Of a stretch of DNA of 64,000 nt, positions 21,832 through 32,512 are shown one piece after another. The stretch lies in contig CAVPCT010000002.1 of NCBI GenBank assembly GCA_963702475.1, forward strand, positions 320,001 to 384,000. The letters run 5' to 3'. Both the position numbers and the translations under genes were made by a program. The notes below the pieces were generated by a model. The model saw only the letters and a list, made by a program, of their open reading frames with translations, was not told the DNA's origin and did no database searches. The first letter of the stretch is position 1; every line of letters begins with the position of its first letter. Source of the DNA: an uncultured Thermoleophilia bacterium. GTDB lineage: Bacteria; Actinomycetota; Thermoleophilia; UBA2241.

Positions 21832-22394
21832 TCGTCATGCCCGCCCGTACCTCGCCCGAGGAGGAGCCGCACTGGTGGCCGTCGCCGGCCCAGGTCGCGC
21901 GACTGGCCGTCATCCTGATGGTGGCCGTGCTGCTGCAGACGGCCGTGGCCTCCAACTTCCGCATCCTCGGCGCCAATCCGGACTTCGCCCTGATAGTGGT
22001 GGTCTGTGTGGCGCTGTTGAGGGGCTCGGAGACGGGTGCGGTCTTCGGCTTCCTCACCGGGACTCTGGTGGCGGTCGCGCTCATGGAGCCGTTCGGCCTG
22101 AGCGCGTTCGTGTTCGTCGTCGTGGGTTTCCTCGCGGGGCGCTACGCGGAGACGGCCGATCTCTCGCATGGCTTCGCGCCGCTCGTCAGCGTCTTCGTCG
22201 CCACCCTGGTCGCCGGCGTGCTGCTGGCGCTCGCCCAGTTCCTCCTGGCGCGCCAGGTGCCGCTGGGCTTCTTCGTGGGGCGCGTGCTCGTGCCGTCACT
22301 CATCCTCAACACGCTTCTGGCTGCGCCACTGTACCTGGTGGTCCGCTGGTGGCTCCGCGGGGGAGGTGACCTCCGTGCCGTTCGGGCTCGCTGA
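21828..22394 (+). CDS. mreD: MreD
   Basis: Hydrophobic, PDFALI, GAVFGF; synteny. Confidence 0.88.
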   Translation: MIVMPARTSPEEEPHWWPSPAQVARLAVILMVAVLLQTAVASNFRILGANPDFALIVVVCVALLRGSETGAVFGFLTGTLVAVALMEPFGLSAFVFVVVGFLAGRYAETADLSHGFAPLVSVFVATLVAGVLLALAQFLLARQVPLGFFVGRVLVPSLILNTLLAAPLYLVVRWWLRGGGDLRAVRAR

Positions 22395-24402
22395 CGGCAA
22401 CGGCCGCCGCCACCGGCCCATCCGCACCGGCCGCCGCGACAAGCCCATCATCCAGCTGCCTTCGGTGGCGCTCCGCGCCGCCGTGATCTTCGGCATGGTG
22501 CTGGTGCTCTTCGCGGTGATCCTCTTCCGTCTGTGGTTCCTGCAGATCCTGAGCGGCCAGCAGTTCGTCGCGCAGGCCAACGACAACCGCCTGCGCTCGG
22601 TGAAGATCGTGGCGCCGCGCGGCACCATCACCGACCGCAACGGCGAAGTCATTGTCGCCAACCGCCCCGGGCTGGCCGTGGGCATCCGGCTCATGGATGT
22701 GCCGCCGGGCCGGCTCGACGCCGAGGTCATCGAGCTCGCGCGCGTGCTGCACCGCAACCCGCAGAAGATCCGCAAGGACATCGTCGCGCACCTGCAGCCC
22801 AGCTGGCCGACCGGCGTGCCGCGCGGCTGGAAGGCGGTGACCGAGGGCAAGGTCGTCTCGCTCGACCTCGTGGTCGTCAAGGAGGATGTGAGCCGCAAGG
22901 TGCTCTCCTACATCCTCGAGCACGCACAGTCGTTCCCTGGCGTGGAGATCCAGAAGAACTACCTGCGTGACTACCCGAACGGTGAGCTCGCCGCCCACGT
23001 GCTGGGCAACCTCGGTGAGGTCACCGCCGAAGAGCTCAAGATGACGCGGTTCAAGGGCTACGCGCCCGGCGACGTGGTTGGGCAGAGCGGGCTGGAGTGG
23101 ACCTACGACAGCTGGCTCCGCGGCCGCGACGGCGTGGCCAAGGTCGAGGTGGACGCGTTCGGGCGGCCCAAGGGGCACGATCCCGTGCCCGGAGGCCGCC
23201 TGCCCGAGCCCGGCGACACCCTGGTCACCACCCTGGATACCAAGGTGCAGGAGGGTGCCGAAGAGGCGCTGCGGTATGGCATCCGCCTCGCGCAGACCAG
23301 CGGCTCTCCGGCGGCCAACGGCGGCGCCGCCGTGGTGCTCGACGCCGACAACGGCGAGGTCCTCGCCATGGCCAGCTATCCGTCGTTCGATCCGGCCGAG
23401 TGGGTCGGCGGCATCAGCACCAAGGACTACAAGAAGTACACGAAGAAGAGCGCCAATACGCCGCTGCTGAACCGTCCCATCCAGGAGACCAAGGCCGTGG
23501 GCTCCACGTTCAAGCCGGTCGACGCGATCGCGGCGCTCGAGGAGGGCGTCATCACCGCCGGCACCTCGTTCTTCTGCCCTGGGTCCTACGTGGCGCCGAA
23601 CACGCTGGACAACCTGAAGTTCAACTGCTGGGCCCGTGACGGCCACGGCACGCTCGACCTGGTCGAGGCCATCACCCAGTCGTGCGACGTGTACTTCTAC
23701 AACGTCGGCTACCTCTTCTACCAGCGCAAGGGCACGGAGCTCGCGGACTGGGCGGTCCGTATGGGCCTCGGCAAGACTACCGGCATCGACATCCCCGGTG
23801 AGGTGGCCGGTCGCATCCCGACGCCCGACTGGAAAGAGTCGTACTACGAGAGCGAGATCGACAAGATCTGGAAGCCGGGCGACTCCATCAACCTGGCGGT
23901 CGGTCAGGGCGACATGGAGGCCACGCCGCTGCAGCTCGCGGTGAGCTACGCGACCGTCGCCAACGGCGGGAAACTGGTGGTGCCGCACCTCGGCCTCAAG
24001 GTCGTCGATCCCCAGGGGCAGACCGTGCGCACCCTGGGCGACACCGGCAAGACGCGCAAGGTGGACATCTCACAGTCCACCCTCGAAACGGTGCGCCGTG
24101 GCATTCTGGATGCGGCCAACTCGCCCAGCGGGACGTCGAGCGGTGTCTTCGGCGGGTACCCGGTCACCGTGGCCGGCAAGACCGGCACCGCCGAGGTGTA
24201 CGACGCCGACGTGATGCACTACGTGGACTACGCCTGGTACGCGAGCTACGCACCGGCCAACGACCCCAAGTACGTGGTGGTCGTGATGATCGAGAAGGGC
24301 GGCCACGGCGGCGCCACCGCCGCCCCCGCCGCCCGGATCATCTACGACAGCATCTTCGACCTCAAGAGCGACAGGTCCGAGGGCGCGGTAAGGAGCGACT
24401 GA
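22375..24402 (+). CDS. mrdA: Penicillin-binding protein 2
   Basis: RLWFLQI, APRGTITDRNG, GSTFK, SCD, KTG motifs; GGAGGTG RBS. Confidence 0.95.
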   Translation: MPFGLADGNGRRHRPIRTGRRDKPIIQLPSVALRAAVIFGMVLVLFAVILFRLWFLQILSGQQFVAQANDNRLRSVKIVAPRGTITDRNGEVIVANRPGLAVGIRLMDVPPGRLDAEVIELARVLHRNPQKIRKDIVAHLQPSWPTGVPRGWKAVTEGKVVSLDLVVVKEDVSRKVLSYILEHAQSFPGVEIQKNYLRDYPNGELAAHVLGNLGEVTAEELKMTRFKGYAPGDVVGQSGLEWTYDSWLRGRDGVAKVEVDAFGRPKGHDPVPGGRLPEPGDTLVTTLDTKVQEGAEEALRYGIRLAQTSGSPAANGGAAVVLDADNGEVLAMASYPSFDPAEWVGGISTKDYKKYTKKSANTPLLNRPIQETKAVGSTFKPVDAIAALEEGVITAGTSFFCPGSYVAPNTLDNLKFNCWARDGHGTLDLVEAITQSCDVYFYNVGYLFYQRKGTELADWAVRMGLGKTTGIDIPGEVAGRIPTPDWKESYYESEIDKIWKPGDSINLAVGQGDMEATPLQLAVSYATVANGGKLVVPHLGLKVVDPQGQTVRTLGDTGKTRKVDISQSTLETVRRGILDAANSPSGTSSGVFGGYPVTVAGKTGTAEVYDADVMHYVDYAWYASYAPANDPKYVVVVMIEKGGHGGATAAPAARIIYDSIFDLKSDRSEGAVRSD

Positions 24403-24405
24403 CGC

Positions 24406-25548
24406 GTGGACTGGCGCTCCTACCTGCGGCACCTGGACTACATCCTGCTGGCCGCCACGGCGGCCATCGTCGTGTACGGGGTCTCGCTCGTGTACTTCGC
24501 GACCCGTCACGATGTGACCGGCGAGCCGTTGTACTACGTCGCCCAGCAGCTGCAGGCCGTCGTGGTGGGCCTCATCGCAGCTGTGGTCATCGCCCTGCTC
24601 GACTACGAGATCTACCGCCGCTTCCAGTGGCTCATCTACATCTTCGCGGTGTTCATCGTCGCGGCGGTGCTGCCGTTCGGGGAGGTGGTCAACGGCGCGC
24701 GGCGCTGGATCGACCTCGGGGTGACCAGCTTCCAGCCCTCCGCGCTGGCGCTGCTGCTGCTTGCGCTGAGCATCGGCGCCTACCTGGCCGACCGCATGGA
24801 TCTGCTCGGCGCCAAACGCATCACCGCCGCGGCGCTTGTGATGGTCGCGGTGCCGGCTTTCCTCGTCTATCAGGAGCCCGACTTCGGCTCGGCCATGGTG
24901 ATGGTCGCGCTCGCGCTCGGCATGCTCTTCTTCTACGGGACGCCGTGGACCCACTTCGCCGTGCTCGGCGCCGGAGGGGCCGCGCTGTTCGTCGTGGCCC
25001 TCAAGGTGCTGCCCATGGCCGGCGTGCGTGTCATCCAGCAGTACCAGATCGACAGGCTGTTCGTGTTCCTCAATGCCGGTCAGAACCCCACCGGCTCCGG
25101 CTACAACATCATCCAGTCGATGATCGCCGTAGGGGCCGGGGCCTTCAGCGGCCGCGGTGACGCCGCCACGCAGACCGCGCTCTACTTCCTCCCCGAGCAC
25201 CACACCGATTTCATCTTCGCCGTTCTCAGCGAACGCAACGGTTTCCTGGGCGCGCTGCTCCTCCTCGGCCTCTACGGTGTCATCATCTGGCGCTGCCTGC
25301 GCATCGCGACGCTCTCGCGAGACATGTACGGCAGTATCCTCGCGGGGGGTGTCGGGGTTATGCTGCTGTTTCAGGTGTTCGTGAACATCGGCATGACGAT
25401 TGGTATCATGCCGGTGACGGGTATCCCGTTGCCGTTCGTCAGCTACGGCGGCACCCATATGATCGCGTTCTTGATGTTCGTGGGCCTGCTGCAGGCCATC
25501 CACCTGCGCGGCACCACTTCGAAGGGCTCGGGAGGGCCGCTTGTCTAG
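24406..25548 (+). CDS. rodA: Rod shape-determining protein RodA (SEDS)
   Basis: FQPS, EPDFG, LPEHHTDFIF, GIPLPFVSYGG. Confidence 0.96.
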   Translation: MDWRSYLRHLDYILLAATAAIVVYGVSLVYFATRHDVTGEPLYYVAQQLQAVVVGLIAAVVIALLDYEIYRRFQWLIYIFAVFIVAAVLPFGEVVNGARRWIDLGVTSFQPSALALLLLALSIGAYLADRMDLLGAKRITAAALVMVAVPAFLVYQEPDFGSAMVMVALALGMLFFYGTPWTHFAVLGAGGAALFVVALKVLPMAGVRVIQQYQIDRLFVFLNAGQNPTGSGYNIIQSMIAVGAGAFSGRGDAATQTALYFLPEHHTDFIFAVLSERNGFLGALLLLGLYGVIIWRCLRIATLSRDMYGSILAGGVGVMLLFQVFVNIGMTIGIMPVTGIPLPFVSYGGTHMIAFLMFVGLLQAIHLRGTTSKGSGGPLV

Positions 25549-26458
25549 CATCAGCGTCTCGAAGATCTACAAGGCCGTGACCGAGGTACGCGGCGGCGAC
25601 GACAAGGCGCCGGGTCTCTGCGTGGTCGGCGCCGGACCCGAGCTCGGCCGTGTGGTGGCCGAGCTCTCCGCCGGCGCCGGCGATGCCCACGGCGGCGTGA
25701 GCGACGCGCTCGACGCTCTCGCACCGGCCGACTTTCCGCGGAGTGCGAGCCTCATAGAGCGTTGGGACATCGTCGTTGTCCTCGCGGACGGCGTGCCGGC
25801 CGCGGAGATGGCGCCGGTCGTGGAGGCGGCCCGCGACGCCGGCCGCCGTATCGTCGCGCTCGTCCCTCCGCCGCACGGCCTGTGGGCCGACGCGGCCGGC
25901 GTCGCCGACGAAGAAGTGGCACACCGGCTGGCCGGCGAGCACGGCTCGTCACCTACGCTGGAGAACCGGATCCTGCACGCCGCCGGAAGCGGCGAGCTCG
26001 CGCTCGTCCTGCGGCTGCCGGCCCTGCGACCCGCCTACTGCGGGCGCGTCGTGCTGGCCAACGCGACGCAGAACGCCGTCATCGGCGCCGTCGTGTTCCT
26101 GCCCGGCGCCGACATGCCCGCCATGACGGCCAACCAGGTCCGCATGGTCCTCAAGATAGCCGCCGCCTACGGCGAGGAGCTCGGGCTCGACCGGGCCCTC
26201 GAGATCCTCTCCGTGGTCGGCACCGCGTTCGTGTTCCGCGCGCTGGCGCGCCAGGCGCTCGACTTCGTGCCGGGGTTCGGCTGGGCCCTCAAGGGGGCTT
26301 TCGGCTTCTCCGCCACCGTCGCGCTCGGTGAGGCCGCCATCGCGTACTTCGAAGCCGGAGCGCCGCTCCAGCTTCAGCGCATGCAAAGGATTAGCAAGCA
26401 AGTTGAGCGCATTCGCTCCAGGCTGCCTGGACCAGTGCGGAGAGTGGCCGACTGGTGA
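25541..26458 (+). CDS. DUF697/YcjF-like membrane-associated protein
   Basis: QNAVIG...PGADMPAMTANQVRMVLKIAAAYG, VPGFGW. Confidence 0.7.
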   Translation: MSSISVSKIYKAVTEVRGGDDKAPGLCVVGAGPELGRVVAELSAGAGDAHGGVSDALDALAPADFPRSASLIERWDIVVVLADGVPAAEMAPVVEAARDAGRRIVALVPPPHGLWADAAGVADEEVAHRLAGEHGSSPTLENRILHAAGSGELALVLRLPALRPAYCGRVVLANATQNAVIGAVVFLPGADMPAMTANQVRMVLKIAAAYGEELGLDRALEILSVVGTAFVFRALARQALDFVPGFGWALKGAFGFSATVALGEAAIAYFEAGAPLQLQRMQRISKQVERIRSRLPGPVRRVADW

Positions 26459-28181
26459 TCTAGAGAGGCTGCTGGCGCGCGTCACGCGCCCCGGCCGCTA
26501 TATAGGCGGCGAGTTCAACGTCCGCACCAGGCCGGCGGCCCGTCCGCGGCTCGTCCTGTCCTACCCGGACGTGTACGAGATCGGCATCTCCAACCAGGGG
26601 TTGCAGATCCTCTACTCCCTGGTCAACGACGCCACGCCGGCGGCGGCGGAGCGCGCCTACTGCCCGTGGCCCGACATGGCGGATCTCATGCGTGGCTCCG
26701 GGGTGCCCCTGTGGACGCTCGAGACCCTGGCCCCCGTTGCGGCGTGCGACCTGTGGGGCTTCACGCTGCCGCATGAGCTCACGTACACCAACGTGCTCGA
26801 GATGCTCGACCTGGCGGGGGTGCCGCTGTACGCCGCGGCACGCGGCGAGAGGCACCCCATCCTGCTCGGCGGCGGCCCAGGCGTCGCCGACCCCTGGCCG
26901 CTGGCGCCGTTCTTCGACGCCTTCTTCGTCGGCGAGGTCGAGCACCGGCTCGCCGACGTCGTCGCCGCGCTCGAGCGGCCGTCGCGGGCGGCGCGGCTGC
27001 AAGCGCTCGCCGCCGTACCGGGTGTCTGGGCCCCGAGCCTGAGCGCAGGCCCCGCCCGGCGCCAGGTCTTCACGGCCTTCTCGAGCACGATGCCGGTGCT
27101 GCGGCCCGTCGTGCCCGTCCTCGAGGCCGTGCACGACAGGGCGGTCGTGGAGGTCATGCGTGGCTGCACCTCGGGCTGCCGCTTCTGCCAGGCAGGGATG
27201 TGGTACCGCCCGGTCCGCGAGCGGCCGGTGGACATGGTCGTGGAGGCCGCCGACCGTCTGCTCGACGAGACCGGGTGTGACGAGGTCTCCCTGCTGTCAC
27301 TCAGCTCCTGCGACTACTCGGGCATCGAGGAGGCGCTCACGCGCATCCGCGGCCTGCGGCCGGGTTTGCGCGTGTCGCTGCCGTCGCTGCGCATCGACTC
27401 GGCGGCCGAGCAGCTCCGCGGTTTCGCGCGTGATCAGCGCGGGTCCATCACGCTGGCACCCGAAGCCGGCACCCAGGAACTGCGCGACGCCATCAACAAG
27501 GGCGTGGATGACGCGCAGTTCGAAGAGGCGGTGCGAGCCACCTTCTCGGGTGGTTTCACCGGGCTGAAGCTCTACTTCATGATCGGGTTGCCAGGTGAGA
27601 CCGACGACGACGTGCTGGGCATCGCGCGCATGGCCGGCGTGGCAGCGCGGGTGGCGCGCGAGGTCGCCAAGGGCCGCGCGCGCCTCTCGGTCTCGGTCTC
27701 GTCCTACGTGCCCAAACCCCACACACCGCACGAACGCGAGCCGTTCGCCGGCGCCGTGGTCCTGCGGCGCCGGCAGCAGCTGCTGCGCGGCGCGATGCCC
27801 AAGGGGGTGCGGACGTCGTTCCACGACGTCGCCGCGTCCGGCGTGGAGGCCGTGCTCGCGCGCGGCGGGGAGGGCAGTCACCTTCTTGTGGAGGAGGCGT
27901 GGCGCCGCGGCGCCCGCTTCGACGGCTGGAGCGAGCACTTCAGGTACCAGGCGTGGGCCGGCGCGGCGAAGTCTCTCGGCCTGGACCTCGGCGCGGCGGG
28001 AGAAGCACTGCGGGGGGCGCTGCCCTGGTCGGCGGCCGTGGACGCGGGCCTCGACCCGGCATTCCTCGTCGACGAGGCCGGCCGCGGTCGTCGCGGCATG
28101 CTGACGCCGGACTGCCGCGACGGCTCGTGCGCCGCCTGCGGCGTGTGTGGCGACGGCGTCGAGATGGACGTGCTCGCATGA
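26328..28181 (+). CDS. B12-binding radical SAM protein (TIGR03960 type); true start uncertain, homology begins near 26460
   Basis: PGRYIGGE, YPDVYEIGISN, RGCTSGCRFC, APEAG, C-terminal DCRxxxCxxCGVC. Confidence 0.88.
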   Translation: MRPPSRTSKPERRSSFSACKGLASKLSAFAPGCLDQCGEWPTGDLERLLARVTRPGRYIGGEFNVRTRPAARPRLVLSYPDVYEIGISNQGLQILYSLVNDATPAAAERAYCPWPDMADLMRGSGVPLWTLETLAPVAACDLWGFTLPHELTYTNVLEMLDLAGVPLYAAARGERHPILLGGGPGVADPWPLAPFFDAFFVGEVEHRLADVVAALERPSRAARLQALAAVPGVWAPSLSAGPARRQVFTAFSSTMPVLRPVVPVLEAVHDRAVVEVMRGCTSGCRFCQAGMWYRPVRERPVDMVVEAADRLLDETGCDEVSLLSLSSCDYSGIEEALTRIRGLRPGLRVSLPSLRIDSAAEQLRGFARDQRGSITLAPEAGTQELRDAINKGVDDAQFEEAVRATFSGGFTGLKLYFMIGLPGETDDDVLGIARMAGVAARVAREVAKGRARLSVSVSSYVPKPHTPHEREPFAGAVVLRRRQQLLRGAMPKGVRTSFHDVAASGVEAVLARGGEGSHLLVEEAWRRGARFDGWSEHFRYQAWAGAAKSLGLDLGAAGEALRGALPWSAAVDAGLDPAFLVDEAGRGRRGMLTPDCRDGSCAACGVCGDGVEMDVLA

Positions 28182-28864
28182 CCTGGTGGCTCCTGACGTT
28201 CTCCCGCACGGGACCGGCGCGGTACCTGTCGCACCTCGACACCTCCCGGGCGGTGCAGCGCACCTTTGCGCGCGCGGGCATCCCCCTGGCGCTCTCCCAG
28301 GGCCTGCGGCCCAAGGCGCGGATCTCCTTGCCGCTTCCGCTGCCGGTGGGCGCGGCCGGCTGCGAGGAACTCGCCGTGGTGGAGGTCCCGGACGAAGTGC
28401 AGGCCGGCGCGGCCACGCTGCGCCGGCTGCGCGACGCGTCCCCGCCCGGCCTCGCGCCGAAGACGCTCAACGTTGTCGGGGAGCAGCACCCGCGGCCGCA
28501 GGCCGGGGAAGCGGAGTACGTGTGTGCCCTCGATGGCGACGCAGGCGCGGTGCGCGCGGCCGTCGAACGCTATGCAGAGGAAGCTTCGATCGAGGTCGAG
28601 CGCATGTCTCCCAAGGGCACGCGCGTCCTCGATCTCAAAGAGTACGTTGCGGAGGCCGCGGCCGAGGCCGGTCCGCACGGGGAAGGCGCACGTGTGCGCT
28701 TCACCGTGCGGTACCGGGCGGACGGCGCGGCGCGGCCGCAGGAGTTCATCGACCTCATCGCCGCATGGGCGGGGGTCGACGCGGTGATGCGCGACCTGCA
28801 GAGGGTCCGGATCGCCTGGAGAGGTCTGCCCACGGGCGTGGTCCCTGGGCTGGAAGGAGTGTGA
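28178..28864 (+). CDS. Radical SAM-linked protein (DUF2344/TIGR03936)
   Basis: RYLSHLD...RAGIPLALSQG, PLPVG; coupled to upstream gene. Confidence 0.88.
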   Translation: MTWWLLTFSRTGPARYLSHLDTSRAVQRTFARAGIPLALSQGLRPKARISLPLPLPVGAAGCEELAVVEVPDEVQAGAATLRRLRDASPPGLAPKTLNVVGEQHPRPQAGEAEYVCALDGDAGAVRAAVERYAEEASIEVERMSPKGTRVLDLKEYVAEAAAEAGPHGEGARVRFTVRYRADGAARPQEFIDLIAAWAGVDAVMRDLQRVRIAWRGLPTGVVPGLEGV

Positions 28865-28868
28865 CGGA

Positions 28869-31814
28869 GTGAGCCCAGCGAAGAAGGCCGCCGGCGGCGA
28901 CGAGTCGGCCACGGCGAAGCAGGGCAAGCCGGCCGCGGAGCCCACGCCGCCGGACGGCGCCGGCAAGACCGATGTGCCCGCCGCCAGCGAGGACGGGGGC
29001 GTGAACGAAGCGGGCGGGCGGCGGCGGCGCGGGTCGCGTGGCGGACGCGGGCGGCGCAAGACGACGCAGCCGGCCGGCGAACAGGCCCAGGGCCGGCCGG
29101 CGCCGGCCGGCCAGGATCAGCCGGCCTCCAGGCCGGACAAGGCAGACCGGACCGTTGCGCAGCGGGGCACGACCGCCGAGCGGCCCGGCGCCGTGCTGCC
29201 GACGGCTCCGCTGATCCCGATCGCCGCTCCCGTTTCCGGGGGCCCCGGGGTCCGTCCGGGGACCGGTCCGGCACCGGCATCTCCGTCCGCGGGGACCGGG
29301 GCGCCGGTCGAGGCCGGCGACGCGAAGCCGCGCTCTCGACGCCGCGGCGGCCGCCGTCGCGGCGAGGAGGGTGCGGCGGGGCAGCAGGCGGCGGCCGTCC
29401 AGGCTCGAGGTGCCTCGCCGTCCGCCCACGCCACCGGCGGCACGGACGCGGCCGGTCCGCCGGTCGCCGCAGAGACGAAGCCGGCCGGGCGGGAAGCCGC
29501 GGCCACCGCCGGGCGGCAGGCGACCCGGCGCTCGTCGGGGCGCAAGCGCGGAACGCCGCCCAGCGCCGGCGAGGGCTCCGCGCCCGTCGCGCCCGAGCAG
29601 GCGGTCGCCGGCGCGGTCCCCGAGGCGGCGCGGGAGTCGGTCGCGGCCGGCATCGGCGAAGCCGCCGAGAGCGATACCTCCGCGTCCCGGACGGTCGGCG
29701 AGACCGCAGCCTCGCGGCGCCGGCACCGCGGCTCACGTGGGGGGCGCCGCCGTCGCAAGGCGGCGGAGATCGCCCACGACGAGGCGGTGCGTGAGGCAGA
29801 AGAGGCGGTCGAGGGAGAGGAACCGGCGAAGGAGGAGACTGAGGGTACGGCCGCAGAGGCCCCCGAGGCCGCAGCGGCCGAGGGCGCCGGCGCGCGCCGC
29901 AGGCGTCGCGGCTCACGCCGCCGCACCGGCGACCAAGGCGAGGGGGAGGAGCCCGCGGGGGAGACCGCTGCGACGCCTTCCGTAGCGGCGCCCGCCGCCG
30001 CGGCGGAGACCGTGCGCGCTACCCGCACGCGGCAGCGCGACCGCCGCCGTCCCAAGGCGATCGTCCGGCAGGACGAGGGCAGCGGACTCGACACCTACAC
30101 GGTCACGGCTCCCAGCCGCCGGATCGACGTCGACGTCGCGGAGCCCAAGCGCAAGGTCATCCTCGCCTCCGACGACGGCCAGGAGCTGCGCGTGGCGCTC
30201 GTGGAGGACGGCCGCCTCGCGGAGATCTACATCGAGCGGCCGGACAAGAAGTCGTACCTCGGCGACATCTACCAGGGCAGGGTCGAGAACGTGCTCGGCG
30301 GCATCGACGCCGCGTTCGTGGACTTCGGCCTGGAAAAGAACGGCTTCCTCTACGTGGACGAGGTCACCACACCGGAGGGCGAGAAGCGCGCCCGCCGTAT
30401 CGGCGACGCGCTGAAGCCTGGGCAGGAGGTGCTGGTCCAGGTCACCAAAGACCCGATGGGCAGCAAGGGCGCCCGGCTCAGCACGAAGATCTCCCTGGCG
30501 GGGCGGTACCTCGTGTACGTGCCCGGCGGGAGCGGGGTGGGCGTGTCACGCCGCCTCTCACAGGGCGAGCGTGACCGGCTTCGCGACATCAGCAAGGAGC
30601 TGAAGCCCAAGAACGCCGGGCTCATCGTGCGCACGATCGCTGAGGGGCACGGGCTGGAGGACCTGAAGCGCGACATGCAGTACCTCTCCCGCCTCTGGTC
30701 ACGCCTCAAGCGAAAGGCGGATACCGTCAAGGCGCCGGGGCTCGTGCACAAGGAGGTCGACATCTCCATCGAAGTGGCGCGCGACCTGTTCAACGACACG
30801 TGCGAGAGCCTGATCGTCGACGACGTCAAACGCCACAAGGCGATCGTCTCATTCCTCGACAAGGAAGCGCCCGAGCTGTTGCCCAAGGTGCATCAGCACA
30901 CGGGCGTCGAGCCGCTCTTCGAGGCTTACGGCATCGAGGAACAGATCGCCAAGGCACTCGAGCGCCGCGTGCCGCTGCCGAGCGGCGGCAACCTGATGAT
31001 CGACCACGCCGAGGCGCTCACCGTCATCGACGTGAACACCGGCCGGTTCACGCGCGGCAAGGGTCTCGAGGACACCATCACCAAGACCAACCTCGAGGCC
31101 GCCCACGAGGTGGTCAAGCAGCTCCGCCTGCGCGACATCGGCGGCATCATCATCATCGACTTCATCGATATGGCGCACGCCGCCAACCGCGAGATGGTGC
31201 TGGCCACGCTCGAGGCCCAGCTGGAGACCGACCGCACGAAGACCTACGTGGTCGAACTCTCGCCCCTGGGCCTTGTCGAGATGACGAGGCAGAACACCAC
31301 CGACGGCGCGCGCGGCATCATGACGCGCTCCTGCCCGTGTTGTACGGGCAAGGGCCGGGTGCTCAGCGAGGAGACCATGGCCCTCGCGGTCGAGCGCCGC
31401 GTGCGTGCGCTGGCGCGCAAGTCGCAGGCCAAGGCCTGGCTCATCGAGGTCAACGGCGGCGTCGCGGACCGGCTCAGCGACCAGCGGCTCAAGAAGCTGG
31501 AGAAGGCGGTCGGCAGTCGCGTGTTCTTCGAGGGCGCGACGTCTCTGCCGGTCGACACCTTCCGCGTCATCGCGGAGGGCACCGCGGCACACGTGCAGGA
31601 GCAGCGCGTCCCGGTCAAGGAGGGTCAGGAGGTCGAGCTGGAGCTCGAGTTCAGTCTCACGTACAGCCCTCGGGACGCTGTCGGCTACATCGACGGGTAC
31701 ATGGTCATCGTGGAGGGCGGCCGGCAGCACCTCGGCCAGCGGCGCAAGGTGAAGATCACCAGCACCGAGCGGACGGGTGCCCATGCGACCGTCGTCAAGC
31801 AGGGGTCGAATTGA
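28869..31814 (+). CDS. rne: Ribonuclease E/G family with long disordered N-terminus and C-terminal TRAM-like domain
   Basis: AAFVDFG, QVTKDPMGSKGAR, VIDVNTG, LRDIGGIIIIDFIDM, CPCCTGKG. Confidence 0.92.
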   Translation: MSPAKKAAGGDESATAKQGKPAAEPTPPDGAGKTDVPAASEDGGVNEAGGRRRRGSRGGRGRRKTTQPAGEQAQGRPAPAGQDQPASRPDKADRTVAQRGTTAERPGAVLPTAPLIPIAAPVSGGPGVRPGTGPAPASPSAGTGAPVEAGDAKPRSRRRGGRRRGEEGAAGQQAAAVQARGASPSAHATGGTDAAGPPVAAETKPAGREAAATAGRQATRRSSGRKRGTPPSAGEGSAPVAPEQAVAGAVPEAARESVAAGIGEAAESDTSASRTVGETAASRRRHRGSRGGRRRRKAAEIAHDEAVREAEEAVEGEEPAKEETEGTAAEAPEAAAAEGAGARRRRRGSRRRTGDQGEGEEPAGETAATPSVAAPAAAAETVRATRTRQRDRRRPKAIVRQDEGSGLDTYTVTAPSRRIDVDVAEPKRKVILASDDGQELRVALVEDGRLAEIYIERPDKKSYLGDIYQGRVENVLGGIDAAFVDFGLEKNGFLYVDEVTTPEGEKRARRIGDALKPGQEVLVQVTKDPMGSKGARLSTKISLAGRYLVYVPGGSGVGVSRRLSQGERDRLRDISKELKPKNAGLIVRTIAEGHGLEDLKRDMQYLSRLWSRLKRKADTVKAPGLVHKEVDISIEVARDLFNDTCESLIVDDVKRHKAIVSFLDKEAPELLPKVHQHTGVEPLFEAYGIEEQIAKALERRVPLPSGGNLMIDHAEALTVIDVNTGRFTRGKGLEDTITKTNLEAAHEVVKQLRLRDIGGIIIIDFIDMAHAANREMVLATLEAQLETDRTKTYVVELSPLGLVEMTRQNTTDGARGIMTRSCPCCTGKGRVLSEETMALAVERRVRALARKSQAKAWLIEVNGGVADRLSDQRLKKLEKAVGSRVFFEGATSLPVDTFRVIAEGTAAHVQEQRVPVKEGQEVELELEFSLTYSPRDAVGYIDGYMVIVEGGRQHLGQRRKVKITSTERTGAHATVVKQGSN

Positions 31815-31839
31815 CGGTCCCCACGCACTTGGTTATCAT
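31811..31839 (+). promoter_or_regulatory. sigma70 promoter of rplU-rpmA
   Basis: TTGACG-17 bp-TATCAT. Confidence 0.75.
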
Positions 31840-31868
31840 TTACGGCCGTTGTCTTTCGGGGAGTTGAA

Positions 31869-32222
31869 ATGACGAAGTCTCATACCACCTACGCGGTCAT
31901 CCGCGTCGGCGGGCAGCAGTACAAGGTGAGCGCCGGCGACACCATCGTCGTCGACCGCGTGGACGCCGACGAGGGCAAGCACGTCACGTATGCCACTCTC
32001 GCGGTGCGCACCGACAGCGGCGAATTCGACGCCGACGTTGCCAAGCACGCCAAGGTCAAGGCCAAGGTCGAAGAGCACGTCCTCGGTGAGAAGATCAAGG
32101 TCTTCACCTACAAGCCCAAGAGCACGTTCAAGAAGACGAAGGGCCATCGCAGTCGTCTCACCAAGCTGACGATCGAGTCGATCACCCTCAAGGAGTCGAA
32201 GGAGAAGCCCAGTGGCGCATAA
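31869..32222 (+). CDS. rplU: 50S ribosomal protein L21
   Basis: [17 protein letters not shown]. Confidence 0.97.
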   Translation: MTKSHTTYAVIRVGGQQYKVSAGDTIVVDRVDADEGKHVTYATLAVRTDSGEFDADVAKHAKVKAKVEEHVLGEKIKVFTYKPKSTFKKTKGHRSRLTKLTIESITLKESKEKPSGA

Positions 32223-32466
32223 GAAGGGCGCCGGCACCAGCCGCAACGGGCGCGACTCCGAGGCCAAGCGCCTCGGCGTCAAGGCGTTCGCCGGCCAGGT
32301 GGTCCCGGCAGGATCGATCATCGTGCGTCAGCGCGGCACCAGGTTCCGCCCCGGCGAGAATGCCGGCATCGGCGTCGACCACACCATCTTCGCGAAGGTG
32401 ACGGGCAGGCTCGTGTTCACCGAGAAGGGCGCGGGGCGCTTCATCTCGGTCGTCCCCGAGGCCTGA
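32212..32466 (+). CDS. rpmA: 50S ribosomal protein L27
   Basis: [22 protein letters not shown]. Confidence 0.98.
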   Translation: MAHKKGAGTSRNGRDSEAKRLGVKAFAGQVVPAGSIIVRQRGTRFRPGENAGIGVDHTIFAKVTGRLVFTEKGAGRFISVVPEA

Positions 32467-32512
32467 CCCGCCGGCCGGCGCTCGGCCTCCGGGCCGGCCG
32501 GCCTCACCTCTC

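Noticed and set aside
26328-26470. Radical SAM gene lacks an obvious start near its homology boundary
   Set aside because: Cannot distinguish long overlap, CTG start or an indel; not enough evidence for a finding.
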